A stretch of DNA of 63,860 nucleotides, the filler included, from Octopus bimaculoides (taxonomy: Eukaryota), in assembly GCF_001194135.2 (NCBI RefSeq). It is 5 parts of 5 records of this genome, joined end to end, with 100 filler letters (N's around TTAATTAATTAA, not from the genome) between each part and the next. Parts side by side here need not be neighbours in the genome. Positions count along the whole stretch, not along the records: positions 60,970 to 63,860 come from NW_026349830.1; 4 more parts are not named here. One strand, written 5' to 3'. The position numbers and the translations under genes were made by a program. Shown here piece by piece: positions 63,071 to 63,860 of this stretch. Each line of letters opens with the position of its first letter. The first letter of the stretch is position 1. Below the pieces are notes generated by a model. It was given only the letters and a program-made list of their open reading frames with translations. It did no database searches and was not told the DNA's origin.

Positions 63071-63731
63071 TGTGTATTTCTTCTATCTTAATGAATAAAA
63101 ATTCTTCTGATAGAATAAATGGGTTAATAGAAACCAATGTAGCAAAGAACACAAAATAACTGTGGTTTACTTCCTGTTTTTAAGGCAGGAACTCCTTGAA
63201 ATTTTGGGTATTTGAGTATATCTAAGAATTTAAGGAATGGAGAAAACGCATGTTATAATTGCATACTTTATTCCTACATATNNNNNNNNNNNNNNNNNNN
63301 NNNNNNNNNNNNNNNNNNNNNNNNNNNNNNNNNNNNNNNNNNNNNNNNNNNNNNNNNNNNNNNNNNNNNNNNNNNNNNNNNNNNNNNNNNNNNNNNNNNN
63401 NNNNNNNNNNNNNNNNNNNNNNNNNNNNNNNNNNNNNNNNNNNNNNNNNNNNNNNNNNNNNNNNNNNNNNNNNNNNNNNNNNNNNNNNNNNNNNNNNNNN
63501 NNNNNNNNNNNNNNNNNNNNNNNNNNNNNNNNNNNNNNNNNNNNNNNNNNNNNNNNNNNNNNNNNNNNNNNNNNNNNNNNNNNNNNNNNNNNNNNNNNNN
63601 NNNNNNNNNNNNNNNNNNNNNNNNNNNNNNNNNNNNNNNNNNNNNNNNNNNNNNNNNNNNNNNNNNNNNNNNNNNNNNNNNNNNNNNNNNNNNNNNNNNN
63701 NNNNNNNNNNNNNNNNNNNNNNNNNNNNNNN

Positions 63732-63782
<51 letters not shown>

Positions 63783-63860
63783 TATATATACACTCATACG
63801 TCCAAACATGCACATACCCATATACATACATCCACATATCCATATATATGTGTGCATGTA

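Overview
AT-rich, gapped animal genomic scaffold, almost entirely transposon-derived. The SINE and LINE families point to a cephalopod, probably Octopus (inference). It contains a cluster of R4/Dong-like RLE retrotransposon ends in (TAA)n arrays, RTE and Tx1-like LINEs, at least four Penelope-like elements (PLEs), several Gypsy LTR remnants and solo LTRs, Helitrons with exact TC...CTAG ends, mariner/maT remnants and four SINE families. The only credible host-gene signal is a 61-nt candidate first coding exon resembling CFAP52/WDR16 (28809-28869), about 60 bp downstream of an RFX X-box. No second exon was found. The most striking observation is two related, ORF-less fold-back elements (25960-26539 and 52134-53590). 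Each arm carries a type I hammerhead-ribozyme-like motif with an unusually long stem II, so each element holds one motif per strand. All calls come from reading the sequence by eye; no searches or folding programs were run.
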